Below, piece by piece: positions 1 to 16,628 of a stretch of DNA of 64,000 nt. Under the pieces are notes generated by a model, which had not been told where the DNA came from, made no database searches, and worked only from the letters and a program-made list of their open reading frames with translations. This DNA is from Eledone cirrhosa (taxonomy: Eukaryota): NCBI GenBank assembly GCA_964016885.1, contig OZ024742.1, positions 286,564,001 to 286,628,000 of the forward strand. Reading direction: 5' to 3'. The first letter of the stretch is position 1. Each line of letters begins with the position of its first letter. The position numbers and the translations under genes are program-made.

Positions 1-300
1 TATGTACACGTACATAGACAGACATAGAGAGCTAACACGTAGAAAAAGAAATACTTAACTGTCGACTACACACACACGCGCTCACAGCACACACGCAACA
101 CAGCACACACGCAACACAGCACACACGCAATACAGCACACACGCAGCAGACATAGGCGTGAGTGTTTAACCCTACACACAGACACAGAAATAGTAGAGGC
201 AGGCAGAGAAACACTTATGTTCACAATACACTATCACATGTGTTGCGTGGGCGAAGTTTAAAAAAATAAACCACAATATTTACAAACAAACCAAGATAGT

Positions 301-745
301 AATAAAATAACGGTTTCTGATTTAAGCACAAGGCCAGCAATTATGATGGGAGAGGGGAAATTACTGGTGCTTTATTTTATCGACCTCCGTAAGGATGAAA
401 GGCAAAGCTAACCTCGGCGGGATTTGAACTCAAAACGTAAATAAAATACAGGTTTCTTATTTAGGCACAAGGCCAGCAATAATGGAGTGAACAAAATCGG
501 TTAAATCGAACAGTGAATTACTGGTACTTTATTTTATCGATTCCAGTAAGGATGAAAGGCAAAGCTAACCTCGACGGGATTTGAAATCAGAACGTTAATA
601 AAATAAAGGTTTCTTATTTAGACTTAATACTAGCAGCAATAATGGGGGAAAGGGGAAGTCGATTATATCGATCTCAGTACGTTACTGGTACATAAGGATG
701 AAAGGCAAAGCTAAACTTGGCGAGATTTGAACTCAGAACGTAAAT
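301..745 (-). mobile_element. Three tandem partial copies of tRNA-derived SINE family A (B-box to 3' end)
   Basis: Three ~145-155 bp units carrying AAGGATGAAAGGCAAAGCTAACCTCGGCGGGATTTGAACTC, the reverse complement of the B-box and central domain of the full copy at 20324-20516. Confidence 0.8.
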
Positions 746-779
746 ATGATAACGCCTAAAACTGCGTGGTACTTATGGC

Positions 780-819
780 TGCTGTAGTAGTAGTAGTAGT
801 AGTAGCAGTTGTTATGCTG

Positions 820-851
<32 letters not shown>

Positions 852-1074
852 GGTGTTGTATTTTGTAGTTGGTGTAGTTGATGTAGTAGTAATAGTAGTA
901 GTAGTAGTATTGCTTTAGTTGGGGTTGTTGTAGTCGTAGTTGTTGCAGTTGCTGTAGTAAATGTAGTTGTTGGTATTATTATATTGTTGTAGTTGGTGTT
1001 GTAGTTGTAGTTGGTGTAGTTATTGTTGTAGTTGTAGTTGTTGTAATAATTGTAATTGTAGTTGTAGTTGTAGT
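780..1074. repeat. Degenerate (GTA/GTT/GGT)n trinucleotide microsatellite
   Basis: Read directly from sequence. Confidence 0.9.
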
Positions 1075-1411
1075 TGGTGCGAAGATTTTATATAACACCT
1101 TTAAACGTATGGAAACTTAGTGGAATCAAAAAACATTTTGTTTTATGTAACATCACTCTGGAGTTTCACCTGACTTTACATAAAACAAAAATTGTTTTAG
1201 AAAGAGTCGGGGCCCAAAATTCTGAGTCTGGAATTAGGGGTCGAAATGGCAAGAGCTCAGCCGTAGGGTCCCGACTTTTTCTAATGTAGTCACCCTCTGC
1301 TATCCCAAGTATCGAGTACTCTGTTGAATAATGGTTTTACTAGTTCAATCCTGATATATATATATATAATAGATATCAATCGAAGTTGTAGCTGCGGTAT
1401 AGCAGATACCA

Positions 1412-1786
<375 letters not shown>

Positions 1787-1836
1787 TTTATTTGTACTGC
1801 CTTTCTGTTTTTGTTCCCGTCCAAGTTTTCACTATT

Positions 1837-1939
<103 letters not shown>

Positions 1940-1952
1940 ATATATATGTATA

Positions 1953-2026
<74 letters not shown>

Positions 2027-2049
2027 GAAACACACAGATACATAATAAT

Positions 2050-2115
<66 letters not shown>

Positions 2116-2689
2116 ATTATTATTAAATTGCATTAAAAGACACTTTATGTGGCTAAACACCAGGAAATTTAGACGAAATCCGTGGCTTCTCGGAAAACAC
2201 TCTGGAAAAGATTGGTCCCAGTGCTCGCTCACCCTTCATTGCAACCGAAATATTACTCGAATTGTAACCATATCGACTTGAGGGAGCGAGATGGTTAAAT
2301 ACACAGGATAAACTAATATTAAATATATGTCAGAAAAAGAAGTCAGAGTGGACACGGGTAGAAGGCTGGTCGAGTTATGATTTCGTGTCTGAGAGAAATG
2401 TTTCTGGACAGTGAAGAGCGTTTAGTGTCACATGCAGCCACGGACATAGAGAAGAAATATACTGGTCAGTAGAGTGTCTTCTGTGTCACACTGCGGCCAC
2501 GGACATAGAGAAATATAGTGGCGAGCCTTCAGTGTCACATTGTACCCATAGAAATATACTGGACAGTGGTGAGCCTTCAGTGTCACACTGCGGCCACAGA
2601 AATATAATGGACAGTAGGCATGATGTGGCATATGTCCAAATGGTCACTCTACATCCCATACAATTTCATCACTACGTGTCGTTTGCGTG

Positions 2690-3614
2690 CAGTGTTTATG
2701 GTCGTACTGAAATAGACTGGTCAGTCACCGGAGTGCAGTGTTTATGGTCGTACTGAAATAGACTGGTCAGTCACCAGAGTGCAGTGTTTATGGTCGTACT
2801 GAAATAGACTGGTCAGTCACCAGAGTGCAGTGTTTATGGTCGTACTGAAATAGACTGGTCAGTCACCAGAGTACAGTGTTTATGGTCGTACTGAAATAGA
2901 CTGGTCAGTCACCGGAGTGCAGTGTTTATGGTCGTACTGAAATAGACTGGTCAGTCACCAGAGTACAGTGTTTATGGTCGTACTGAAATAGACTGGTCAG
3001 TCACCAGAGTACAGTGTTTATGGTCGTACTGAAATAGACTGGTCAGTCACCAGAGTACAGTGTTTATGGTCGTACTGAAATAGACTGGTCAGTCACCGGA
3101 GTACAGTGTTTATGGTCGTACTGAAATAGACTGGTCAGTCACCAGAGTACAGTGTTTATGGTCGTACTGAAATAGACTGGTCAGTCACCAGAGTACAGTG
3201 TTTATGGTCGTACTGAAATAGACTGGTCAGTCACCGGAGTACAGTGTTTATGGTCGTACTGAAATAGACTGGTCAGTCACCAGAGTACAGTGTTTATGGT
3301 CGTACTGAAATAGACTGGTCAGTCACCAGAGTACAGTGTTTATGGTCGTACTGAAATAGACTGGTCAGTCACCAGAGTACAGTGTTTATGGTCGTACTGA
3401 AATAGACTGGTCAGTCACCAGAGTACAGTGTTTATGGTCGTACTGAAATAGACTGGTCAGTCACCAGAGTGCAGTGTTTATGGTCGTACTGAAATAGACT
3501 GGTCAGTCACCAGAGTACAGTGTTTATGGTCGTACTGAAATAGACTGGTCAGTCACCGGAGTACAGTGTTTATGGTCGTACTGAAATAGACTGGTCAGTC
3601 ACCAGAGTACAGTG
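2690..3614. repeat. 46-bp minisatellite, 20 copies
   Basis: Unit CAGTGTTTATGGTCGTACTGAAATAGACTGGTCAGTCACC(A/G)GAGT(A/G); period 46 (2690, 2736 ... 3610). Confidence 0.95.
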
Positions 3615-3775
3615 TGTCCAGAGGGTCAGGCTGTTCCTTCGGTGATACATTGCTATATATCGGAGTATATAGCGTTTGGGTGGAGGGGGTGTACAGGAAT
3701 AAACTGGACAGTGGGGTGAGGATCATATGTCCAGACAATCACACCACACACTCCTCTGCTGTAGTGTGACTGTCT

Positions 3776-3841
<66 letters not shown>

Positions 3842-3888
3842 ATATGTCCAGACAATCGCCACACACCCCTCTGCTGTAGTGTCACTGT

Positions 3889-3960
<72 letters not shown>

Positions 3961-4124
3961 CAGAGAGAGAGAGACGGAGAGAGAGAGAGACAGAAAGAAA
4001 GAGAGCCGTATGTCCAGACAACCACACCACACCACACCACACCACTCACACACCCTTTGCTGTTCATTGTTGCATGGCAGTGTGTGCAGTGTGTGTGGAG
4101 TGTAGACATAGAGTGGACAATAGA

Positions 4125-4400
4125 GAGAGAGAGAATGACAGACGGACAGTCGGAGAGAGGGGGAGAGAGAGAGAGAGAGAGAGAGAATGACAGACGGACA
4201 GTCGGAGAGAGGGGGGAGAGAGAGAGAGAGAGAATGACAGACGGACAGTCGGAGAGAGGGGGAGAGAGAGAGAGAGAGAATGACAGACGGACAGTCGGAG
4301 AGAGGGGGAGAGAGAGAGAGAATGACAGACGGACAGTCGGAGAGAGGGAGGGGGGAGAGAGACAGAATGACAGACGGAGAGAGGGGGAGAGAGAGAGTGA
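4125..4400. repeat. Compound minisatellite: GAATGACAGACGGACAGTCGGAGAGAGGGG plus variable (GA)n, about 6 units
   Basis: Read directly from sequence. Confidence 0.9.
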
Positions 4401-4822
4401 GACTGAGAGAGAGAGAGAGAGGGGGGGGAAGAGGCAGACAGTCACCACACAACCCCTGCTGTTCATGGCTGCATGTCGGACTCTGATGGAAGGTTCCTTA
4501 GCTAGAAAAAAGATATGGTAGAATTCATTAAAAAAATGGATGGACCCACTGTGCCACTGTGCCACTGTGCCTCGTCTTTCATCCCATGACATGCAATGAC
4601 CACAGGACTGGCAGACTTTGTGGGTCTGTTATATTTAATAAAACATCTTCAATTATTGGCAGTTATTTACAAATGAGAGCCAGCCTCGCCCCAGCCCACA
4701 TTGTTGAAAAGAAAGCTTTAACTCTCTGTTCGGTAGCTAATAGATTAATAGAAAAAAATATTTAAATATTGTTTCCTATAAAGCATTAAATATATGTGTA
4801 TATATAAGTATGTAAACGTATG

Positions 4823-5022
4823 NNNNNNNNNNNNNNNNNNNNNNNNNNNNNNNNNNNNNNNNNNNNNNNNNNNNNNNNNNNNNNNNNNNNNNNNNNNNNN
4901 NNNNNNNNNNNNNNNNNNNNNNNNNNNNNNNNNNNNNNNNNNNNNNNNNNNNNNNNNNNNNNNNNNNNNNNNNNNNNNNNNNNNNNNNNNNNNNNNNNNN
5001 NNNNNNNNNNNNNNNNNNNNNN
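4823..5022. other. Assembly gap (200 N)
   Basis: Run of N. Confidence 1.
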
Positions 5023-8853
<3,831 letters not shown>

Positions 8854-8977
8854 TATATACATATATTTATATATATATATATATATGACGAACAATTGAA
8901 TATTTTCCTTTATACATATTTACTTTTATGTATTGTGTGGCTGTTTGAATTGTATAAAATATAATATATATACATAT

Positions 8978-9009
<32 letters not shown>

Positions 9010-9020
9010 ATATATTATAT

Positions 9021-9219
9021 ATAACGAAGGAAATGTGGTAAGGAACCAGGTGGACCATAACGCACCAAAGTACTCAATACTTAGGGTAGTAGAGTGGGTA
9101 ATAGGAACGAGTAGGACCCCCGACGGCTGAGCTCAAGCCCGCCCTCGACGGCTAATTCTGGACGCCCCAGAATTAGCCGTCGAGGCGGCTTGAGCTCAGC
9201 CGTCGGGGACCTACTCGTT

Positions 9220-9222
<3 letters not shown>
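9021..9222 (-). mobile_element. HHR-derived short element, family H1, fold-back, in (TA)n
   Basis: ATAACGAAGGAAATGTGGTAAGGAACC terminus; ~60-bp inverted arms around ACGC at ~9161. Confidence 0.8.
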
Positions 9223-9277
<55 letters not shown>

Positions 9278-9546
9278 AACACGCATACATATATATATTA
9301 ATATGTGTGTGTATGCATATATATGCATATACAGACAGTCACACACACAGACACATACACACACATAAATATATATATATTGTGTGTGTGTAAAAAAAAG
9401 GGTAAACAGAAGTAACAACACAATCAGTACTACTATGTATATATATATACATGTGTGTATATATATATCATCATCATTATCATCATTTAACGTCCGCTTT
9501 CAATATGTATATATACTTAATACAAAGTGCCAACACACACACACAC

Positions 9547-9603
<57 letters not shown>

Positions 9604-9832
9604 TATATATATATATCCATATGCATGTTTACAATTATGCACATATCTGCATATGTGTGTATGGAATTTGAACGTGTCTGTCCCAACGTGAATGATAATA
9701 ATAAAAGTCGATTATTTAAAATAATAGTTAGGAAACTCAGGTAAGAAGAGAGCGGGGAGGTGTTCATTTGCGTTAGCACACACATATTTCACATTTTCTC
9801 AATACTTCTTAAGGCAACCACACAGAAACACA

Positions 9833-10097
9833 CAGGGCCGGATTTAGATTTGATGAGGCCCTAAGCTATTTGAGATAATGGGGCCCTTTATATGTTATAA
9901 AAAAATGTTATAAAAACTGCAAAACGTTCAATATTAAAGCAGAAAACTGTTTAAAACTATTGTATTATTTTAGTTCTTTTTTTATCTTATATTTTGGAAA
10001 TGTACACACCGTTTTTTTTTTTCAATTTTTTCGGGGCCCCAAGAAAGTGGGGGCCCTAAGCTATAGCTTGTTTAGCTTATACGTAAATCCCACTCTG
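9833..10097. mobile_element. hAT-like MITE
   Basis: Termini CAGGGCCGGATTTA ... TAAATCCCACTCTG; 8-bp flanks GAAACACA / CAAACACA (7/8 match, putative TSD). Confidence 0.65.
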
Positions 10098-10115
10098 CAA
10101 ACACACACACACACA

Positions 10116-10217
<102 letters not shown>

Positions 10218-10358
10218 TAAATATATATGTAGAGGTTATATTTAATTTGTTGGGATACAAGCAAAATAGTTTTATAACTGATATAAAGCACTCAACAAAT
10301 TATTGGAGTAAATATACAATATATTAACAAATGGAAACTATATTTATAAAACCATATT

Positions 10359-10424
10359 TATTTCATTATACATATTTCAAGGGCCACCAGAGCAAACTAT
10401 CGTGCGCTTTCATCAGATAAAATA
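10359..10424 (-). ncRNA. Type I hammerhead ribozyme motif in a family H2 element (10229-10470)
   Basis: Minus strand: TATTTTAT-CTGATGA-AAG..CTT-GAAA-TATGTA-TA-ATGAAATA; core intact, stem I 8 bp, stem II imperfect. Confidence 0.65.
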
Positions 10425-10566
10425 TAATATAGGTTAGTTTTATAAATAAATATTGACATACCCTTAAAATATATATAGATAGAAAGATAGATAGATAGAT
10501 ATGTTACTTTATTAGCCACAGGGGCACAAAAGAAGGGGACAAATACAAAGGGGGAAGTTTACATAC

Positions 10567-10757
10567 AATAATTGTTTCTACTTTAGGCACAAGGCCAGCA
10601 AATACCCAGTGCATTACTGGTACTTTATTTTATCGACCCCGTAAGGATGAAAGGCAAAGTCAACCTCGGCGGGATTTGAACTCAGATCGTAAAGGGACGT
10701 AACTATGCTGGAAAGCATGGCGTCCGACCCTCTACCGATACTGCCAATCCACCGCCC
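10567..10757 (-). mobile_element. tRNA-derived SINE family A, full length
   Basis: A-box-like TGGCAGTATCGG, B-box GAGTTCAAATCCC and central TTTGCCTTTCATCCTTACGGGGTCGATAAAATAAAGTACCAG on the minus strand. Confidence 0.85.
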
Positions 10758-11069
10758 TTTTACGTTTACATACAATAATAACGTGTAAAATACTATCACA
10801 AATGCAATTTAAAAATTAATCGATTTTCCCCAATAGGGGGAGACATTTCGTATGGGTAAGACATACCCCCGAAAAATGTGCAACTCCAGGAGTACGAAAA
10901 GTTTGTACCCCTTTCCTCTCTTCCTCTTTTTCCTCAACCTACAGACTGATATAGAGAGAAGGCCCATTCACTCGGGCCATTCTCGCCACTTTCACACACC
11001 TAGAAAATTGTATTATATTATATTATATCATATTACATTATATTATATTATTTCAAGCCCTATAAAGAA

Positions 11070-11205
11070 ACGTAGCATAGTTACGTTTCTTTACGGTCTG
11101 AGTTCAAATCCCGTCGAGGTTAACTTTGCCTTTCATCCTTAAAATAAAGTACCAGTAATGTACTGGGTTATTGCTGGCCTTGTGCCAAAATTAGAAACAA
11201 TTATA
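11070..11205 (+). mobile_element. SINE family A, partial
   Basis: B-box, central domain and 3' tail. Confidence 0.8.
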
Positions 11206-11282
11206 TTATTTCAAGCCCCAATATTGACCATATCTTAAGAATGTGTATGCGTGTGAGAGAGAGAGAGAAAGAGTGAGAGAGG

Positions 11283-11318
<36 letters not shown>

Positions 11319-11990
11319 ATTGTAACTGTGTGTGTGTGTGTGTGTATCTGTTTCACTATATTGTTAATCTGTCAATAAGTGCGTGTGTGCAATCTAATCA
11401 ACCTCGTGACTCTCTCACTACTACTACTACCACCACCACCGTCACCAATACTATTACTACTACTACTGCTACTACTGCTACTGCTACCACCAACAGACAA
11501 GCGTGTGTGTGGTATTTGATATAGGATTAAGTTCAAACAAGACGAACACACAGACACAGCCACACAGACAAACAAACACACAGACACAGACACACAGACA
11601 AACAGACACCCAGACACACCGACACAGACACACAGGCACACTGACACACTGACACTTCACACATACACTACACATGCGTGTCAAAAGCGCGCGCAGCACT
11701 AAGCATTCACTAAAAACCTGAAAACTACTCTTACTTACAACTAACTACGGACTAGGTTACAAATATATATAAATAAATAAAAGGAGGCAAGATCTAAAGT
11801 TAGCCCCCCACCATCACCACCACCACCACCACCACCACGCATGAATACACAGACAGACAGAGAGTGGGAGATTCTATGTGAGTCAGTCGCTTAAAAATGC
11901 TAGAAATAGCAAAGAAATTAACCTCGTATACGTAGTTTCCAGAAATTTTATAATGTATCGGATTATTTTAGAAAGAAGTTTAAAATGAAC

Positions 11991-12023
<33 letters not shown>

Positions 12024-12039
12024 CCCCTCTCTCTCTCTC

Positions 12040-12073
<34 letters not shown>

Positions 12074-12108
12074 CCCTCTCTCTCTCTCTCCCACTCTCTC
12101 TCTCTCTC

Positions 12109-12197
<89 letters not shown>

Positions 12198-12201
<4 letters not shown>

Positions 12202-12392
12202 CGAAGGAAGTGTGGTAAGGAACCAGATGGACCATAACACTCTAGAGTACTCAATACTTAGGGTAGTAGAGTGGGTAATAGGAAAATGTTTAACCCCGAC
12301 GGCAGAGCTTAAGCCGTTTCGACGGCTATTTCTGGACTCAGAAATTGCCATCGAAACGGCTTGAGCTCTGCCGTCGGGGTTAAACATTTTCC

Positions 12393-12393
<1 letters not shown>
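12198..12393 (-). mobile_element. HHR-derived short element, family H1, fold-back, in (TA)n
   Basis: Same terminus as 9021; ~57-bp inverted arms around GACT; contains GAAACGGCTTGAGCTCTGCCGTC (GAAA-stem III-GUC). Confidence 0.8.
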
Positions 12394-12467
<74 letters not shown>

Positions 12468-13213
12468 AAATTCGTTTTCAAATATAAAGAATGGAAAGGG
12501 GTAGATGAAAAAGTTATACTGTATCAGCACAAAATACGGTAATTTATTATAATAAACTGTACACCGGGCTACATATATTTCTTTATATATATAGATGTGT
12601 GTGTATATATATATATATATATGTGTGCGTGTATACATATATATGGTTGGGGCATTATAAGTTAAAATTTATCTTTTTTAGCCAATTTGACTTGTATCCC
12701 CCCAAGTGAAATTTGGGCTTAAATTTAATATATTTTAATACTTCTCTGAGTGGATAATTAGTTAATTACTTTATTAATATATCTTGTCCTTTCATTGAGA
12801 TGCCTACATATTAGAGACAGTTAACTTTATAGAGTTGTAAATCAAAATATACAATATATTCTGGATGATAATGTTTCGTTTCTCGACCCATTGAGTGCTT
12901 TGTGATTGCTTCAAACAACTCGAGTAGTACCAGCTATATGGCAGCTACAACTTCGATTCATACCCAATATCATATATATATATATATATATATAAATTAA
13001 TAAAAACAATGAAATAAAAACAAAGAACAAGTTTCTTATATTAAAAAATTCAAATTTTTTAATATAAGGAACTTGTTCTTTGTTTTTATTTCATTGTTTT
13101 TATTAATTTATCTTGACTCTGTTTTCCTATGATTTTTGTCGAAAATTTTTGAATGCATCTTCTCTTTTCATGATATACATAAGGGAAGTATATACTTTCA
13201 GACGTTCAATCAT

Positions 13214-13282
13214 CTGGCAGGAATGTATACGGTGCTGACGATAGCTAATAAGCCTGAAGCTAGTACATCGTTCCTTTGTCAG
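13214..13282 (+). ncRNA. Degenerate type I hammerhead motif with extended stem I
   Basis: CGGTG-CTGACGA-TAGCTAATAAGCCT-GAAG-CTAG-TA-CATCG; outer stem CTGGCAGGAA / TTCCTTTGTCAG; GAAA mutated to GAAG. Confidence 0.6.
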
Positions 13283-13534
13283 TGTTGAACAAAAGGGCAA
13301 CGATGGTTGCTAAACACTGTATGGCTTAATTCGGGATGTTTGTTTATAAACAAACCGAGCATTATAATAAATGCTCGGTAAAACCATACGTACATATATA
13401 TGTGTGCATGTATGTGTATATATACATACTACTGTACGTCTGTATACATATATGTATGTACGTATACATACTTATATTTAAGTAACAGCCGTACTAAGAG
13501 TGAGAAATGAAATTTCGTTTCATTTTTTTCCATT

Positions 13535-13567
<33 letters not shown>

Positions 13568-13668
13568 CATACATATATATGTGTGTATGTGTGTATGAGT
13601 TGATGAAAGAAAGGAGTACTCAATACCGAAGTAGAGTTTTAATATTTTATTAAGGTTAAATAGTGAGA

Positions 13669-13716
13669 CTTGTTATTCTGGAGTTTCGCCTGTTTATCAC
13701 AGGGTCATCAGACAAG
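13669..13716 (-). ncRNA. Type I hammerhead motif with one stem III mismatch
   Basis: Minus strand: CTTGT-CTGATGA-CCCTGTGATAAACAGGC-GAAA-CTCCAGAA-TA-ACAAG. Confidence 0.65.
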
Positions 13717-13722
13717 AACTAA

Positions 13723-13793
<71 letters not shown>

Positions 13794-14299
13794 GGATATA
13801 CCCAGACGATTACAAACACTGGTGGACAAAGCTGGTGCCTATGTAGAATGTTAACACTGTATTGTAGTTCTACCATTATACTGTTAAAAATAAGGCATGT
13901 TTTATGAATATCGACCAATAATAAATAAAGTTATTAACAATTTTAAATAGGAACTTTCCTTCCACCCACCCTGTATAATGGACCTGCAACTGATGGAGTC
14001 ATGAGGGCGCCCTGGTGACATACAACCTTACTTGGGCAATTTGAACCACAGAGAGATAGAGAGAATGAAGGAAAGAGGCATAGAGGGAAAATTGAATCCC
14101 GTACTGAAGAAGTACTTCTTTTATCGACCTTGAAAGGATGAAAGAGTCGTGGATACGCCGTCATTACAATTAGCGTGTTTTGGGCACTTTAATCATGGCG
14201 TATCCCATCTCCTCTCCAGATCTGAACAAAGATAATTTCGTCCAGAAAAGGAGAGGATGAGAGTATGTGATAAAGAGGATGTAATAAAGAGATATAGAG

Positions 14300-14465
14300 G
14301 AAAAATCGGGTCAGTACTTGAATGGCACTTTTTTTTTTTATCGATTTAGAAAGATTGAAAGGCAATGTTGACCTCGGTGGGATTTGAACGCAGAGCACAG
14401 AGAGCCGGAACGAATACCGCAAATTATTCTATCTGACATTCTAATGACTGCCAATTCATCGCCTG
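14300..14465 (-). mobile_element. SINE family A, diverged
   Basis: GATTGAAAGGCAATGTTGACCTCGGTGGGATTTGAAC and head remnant. Confidence 0.7.
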
Positions 14466-14769
14466 GTTTATTGGATACATCTTGGTGTGACCTTATTGGC
14501 TTGACGTCTTTACATGTGATAATATCATATTGATAGAGACGATAAGGATATTCCATGTCTTTCTCAAGTGCGTTAGTAACACAAGATCTAATTATAGCCA
14601 TGGTCGAAAGATTTTATATTATCTGAAGACCTCCCGTCGTAAAGTTATATAAGTATCTTTGTTATATTATGCTCCAGATACCAGCTTCATAACGAGAAAG
14701 TTAATTATATTACTAAATCTCTTCAAATTCTTAATTTTCTTCTTCGTCTTCGTCTTCTCCTCCTCCTCC

Positions 14770-15150
14770 TTCTTCGCCCACTTATTCCTGAGAGGGTCGT
14801 GGGGGAAGAGTACTCAAACACTCCTTCCAGCAGGTCCTGTCAGAAGCAACCATCTCCAACTGATCCGGCTGGATCCCCAAGAGAGACCAGCCAATCTCAT
14901 GGATGTTACCCAACCATCATGCTCGGGGTCTACCCCTGGGTCTCCTACCGGTTGGTTTGCCTGTAAAATCTGTCCACTGATTCTTTCCTTTTCACATTCT
15001 AGCCACATCCCCATAGTATCTGAGCTTTGATCTCTCAATTTGGAGAAGTGGCGGCTCAACCTGGAGTGACTCTCTGATCTCCGGTCGCTTGTATTCACGA
15101 TCGTTTTCTTTCGGTCATTACCCAAGATTCATGACCATAGGTAAGGGTTG
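14770..15150 (-). pseudogene. 3' fragment of an RTE-like non-LTR retrotransposon
   Basis: Minus-strand peptide GRRPRGRPRA*WLGNIHEIGWSLLGIQPDQLEMVASDRTCW (RTE C-terminal RxRGRP..W..DR..W), followed by a (GAA/GAG/GAC)n tail; related tails at 20600-20665 and 27340-27450. Confidence 0.7.
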
Positions 15151-15239
15151 GCACAAATACCGAATTCTTAATTATTTACAAAATTATTTTAAAATCCCAG
15201 GCGGAGTATTTCAATAGAAATCCGGCAACGAAAGGGTTA

Positions 15240-15595
15240 AGAGCTTGACTTCGCAATAATAAGGTTCCGTGCTCGATCTCGCTACGTGTTCTTGTGAGCA
15301 AGAGACGGAAACTATTCTGAAACCTGTTGGATCGACTATACCTGTAATTTGTTATACAATGTCACGCCAAATCTCCCTGAGAATTGCGTCTGTGGAATGC
15401 TCAGTCACTTACACTCTAATGTAAGATGAGTTATACCTGTAATTCAAATGGCCAGATTTGTCATACACTGTATCACGCCGAATCCCCCTGAGTATTAAGT
15501 TAAGAGTACACGTGTCTGTGGCATGTTCAATTACTTGAACGCTAATTTCATGAATAGGCTGTTCCGTTGATCGAACAACTGGAATGCTCATCGAT
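15240..15595 (+). mobile_element. Diverged tRNA-derived SINE family B with internal duplication
   Basis: 3' tail GGCTGTTCCGTTGATCGAACAACTGGAATGCTC matches the reverse complement of 55597-55900. Confidence 0.65.
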
Positions 15596-15842
15596 ATTAA
15601 AATAAATAAATAAATAAATATATATATTTATACTCTACGTTTTAAAATGTATTGAGTACTTTATAGAAGAGTGATTCTTTGTAGCAATTAAGATCATCAG
15701 CATCGTATACATATGTGTGTATATATGTGTTGTATAAATATATACACACACACATAAACGTGTTAGGTTTTTACGACCCCCCCCCCCCAAAAAAAAAAAA
15801 CCAACCATTTGTAGTGATGTTCATCACTCCATGACATTGTAG

Positions 15843-15902
<60 letters not shown>

Positions 15903-16113
15903 CTTTTATGATAGCTATTAATGTAACAACACTCAAATCTCTTTCGATGTTAAATTCTTTTTATTGTCCCTTCAGGTGTCAATAAAAAGTGTTCATAAAA
16001 CCTTTCTAATATTATCACAAGGCCATAACAAAATTATTATTTATTCTCTATGATGAAGTACAAATGTCCGAAACGGCCGGTCCTTCATTTCGCACTGCAA
16101 ATTAACTCACTGT

Positions 16114-16257
<144 letters not shown>

Positions 16258-16327
16258 GGTAACCTACAATTCAAAGAGGTAAGAATATAATTTTTTAGTT
16301 TTGACTGCATTCCCATATATGGACTGT

Positions 16328-16435
16328 ACCCCTTGATAAGTTCAGCTAATTCCCGCCATTCTAATACTGGTGGGTTAGTTCGGATCTAGCTATCGAAACG
16401 GCCGGAGCTCAGCCGTTTGGATCCTGAGTCTTTTC
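16328..16435 (+). ncRNA. Decayed full hammerhead of family H1 (long stem II)
   Basis: ACCCC-TTGATAA-(CAGCTA..CCCGCCA/TGGTGGG..TAGCT)-GAAA-CGGCCGGAGCTCAGCCG-TT; the only H1 copy that retains the 5' half. Confidence 0.55.
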
Positions 16436-16520
16436 ATATATATATATATATAGTAAGTATGTTTGGAAACGGCTAAAATTCCTTTGGTCAAAAATACGCC
16501 GAAAGGTTCTATTTCTAATA

Positions 16521-16569
<49 letters not shown>

Positions 16570-16576
16570 ATGTGTG

Positions 16577-16628
<52 letters not shown>

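Noticed and set aside
2690-3614. Regular short repeats resembling a CRISPR array
   Set aside because: Units are contiguous and near-identical with no unique spacers; eukaryotic context and no cas genes
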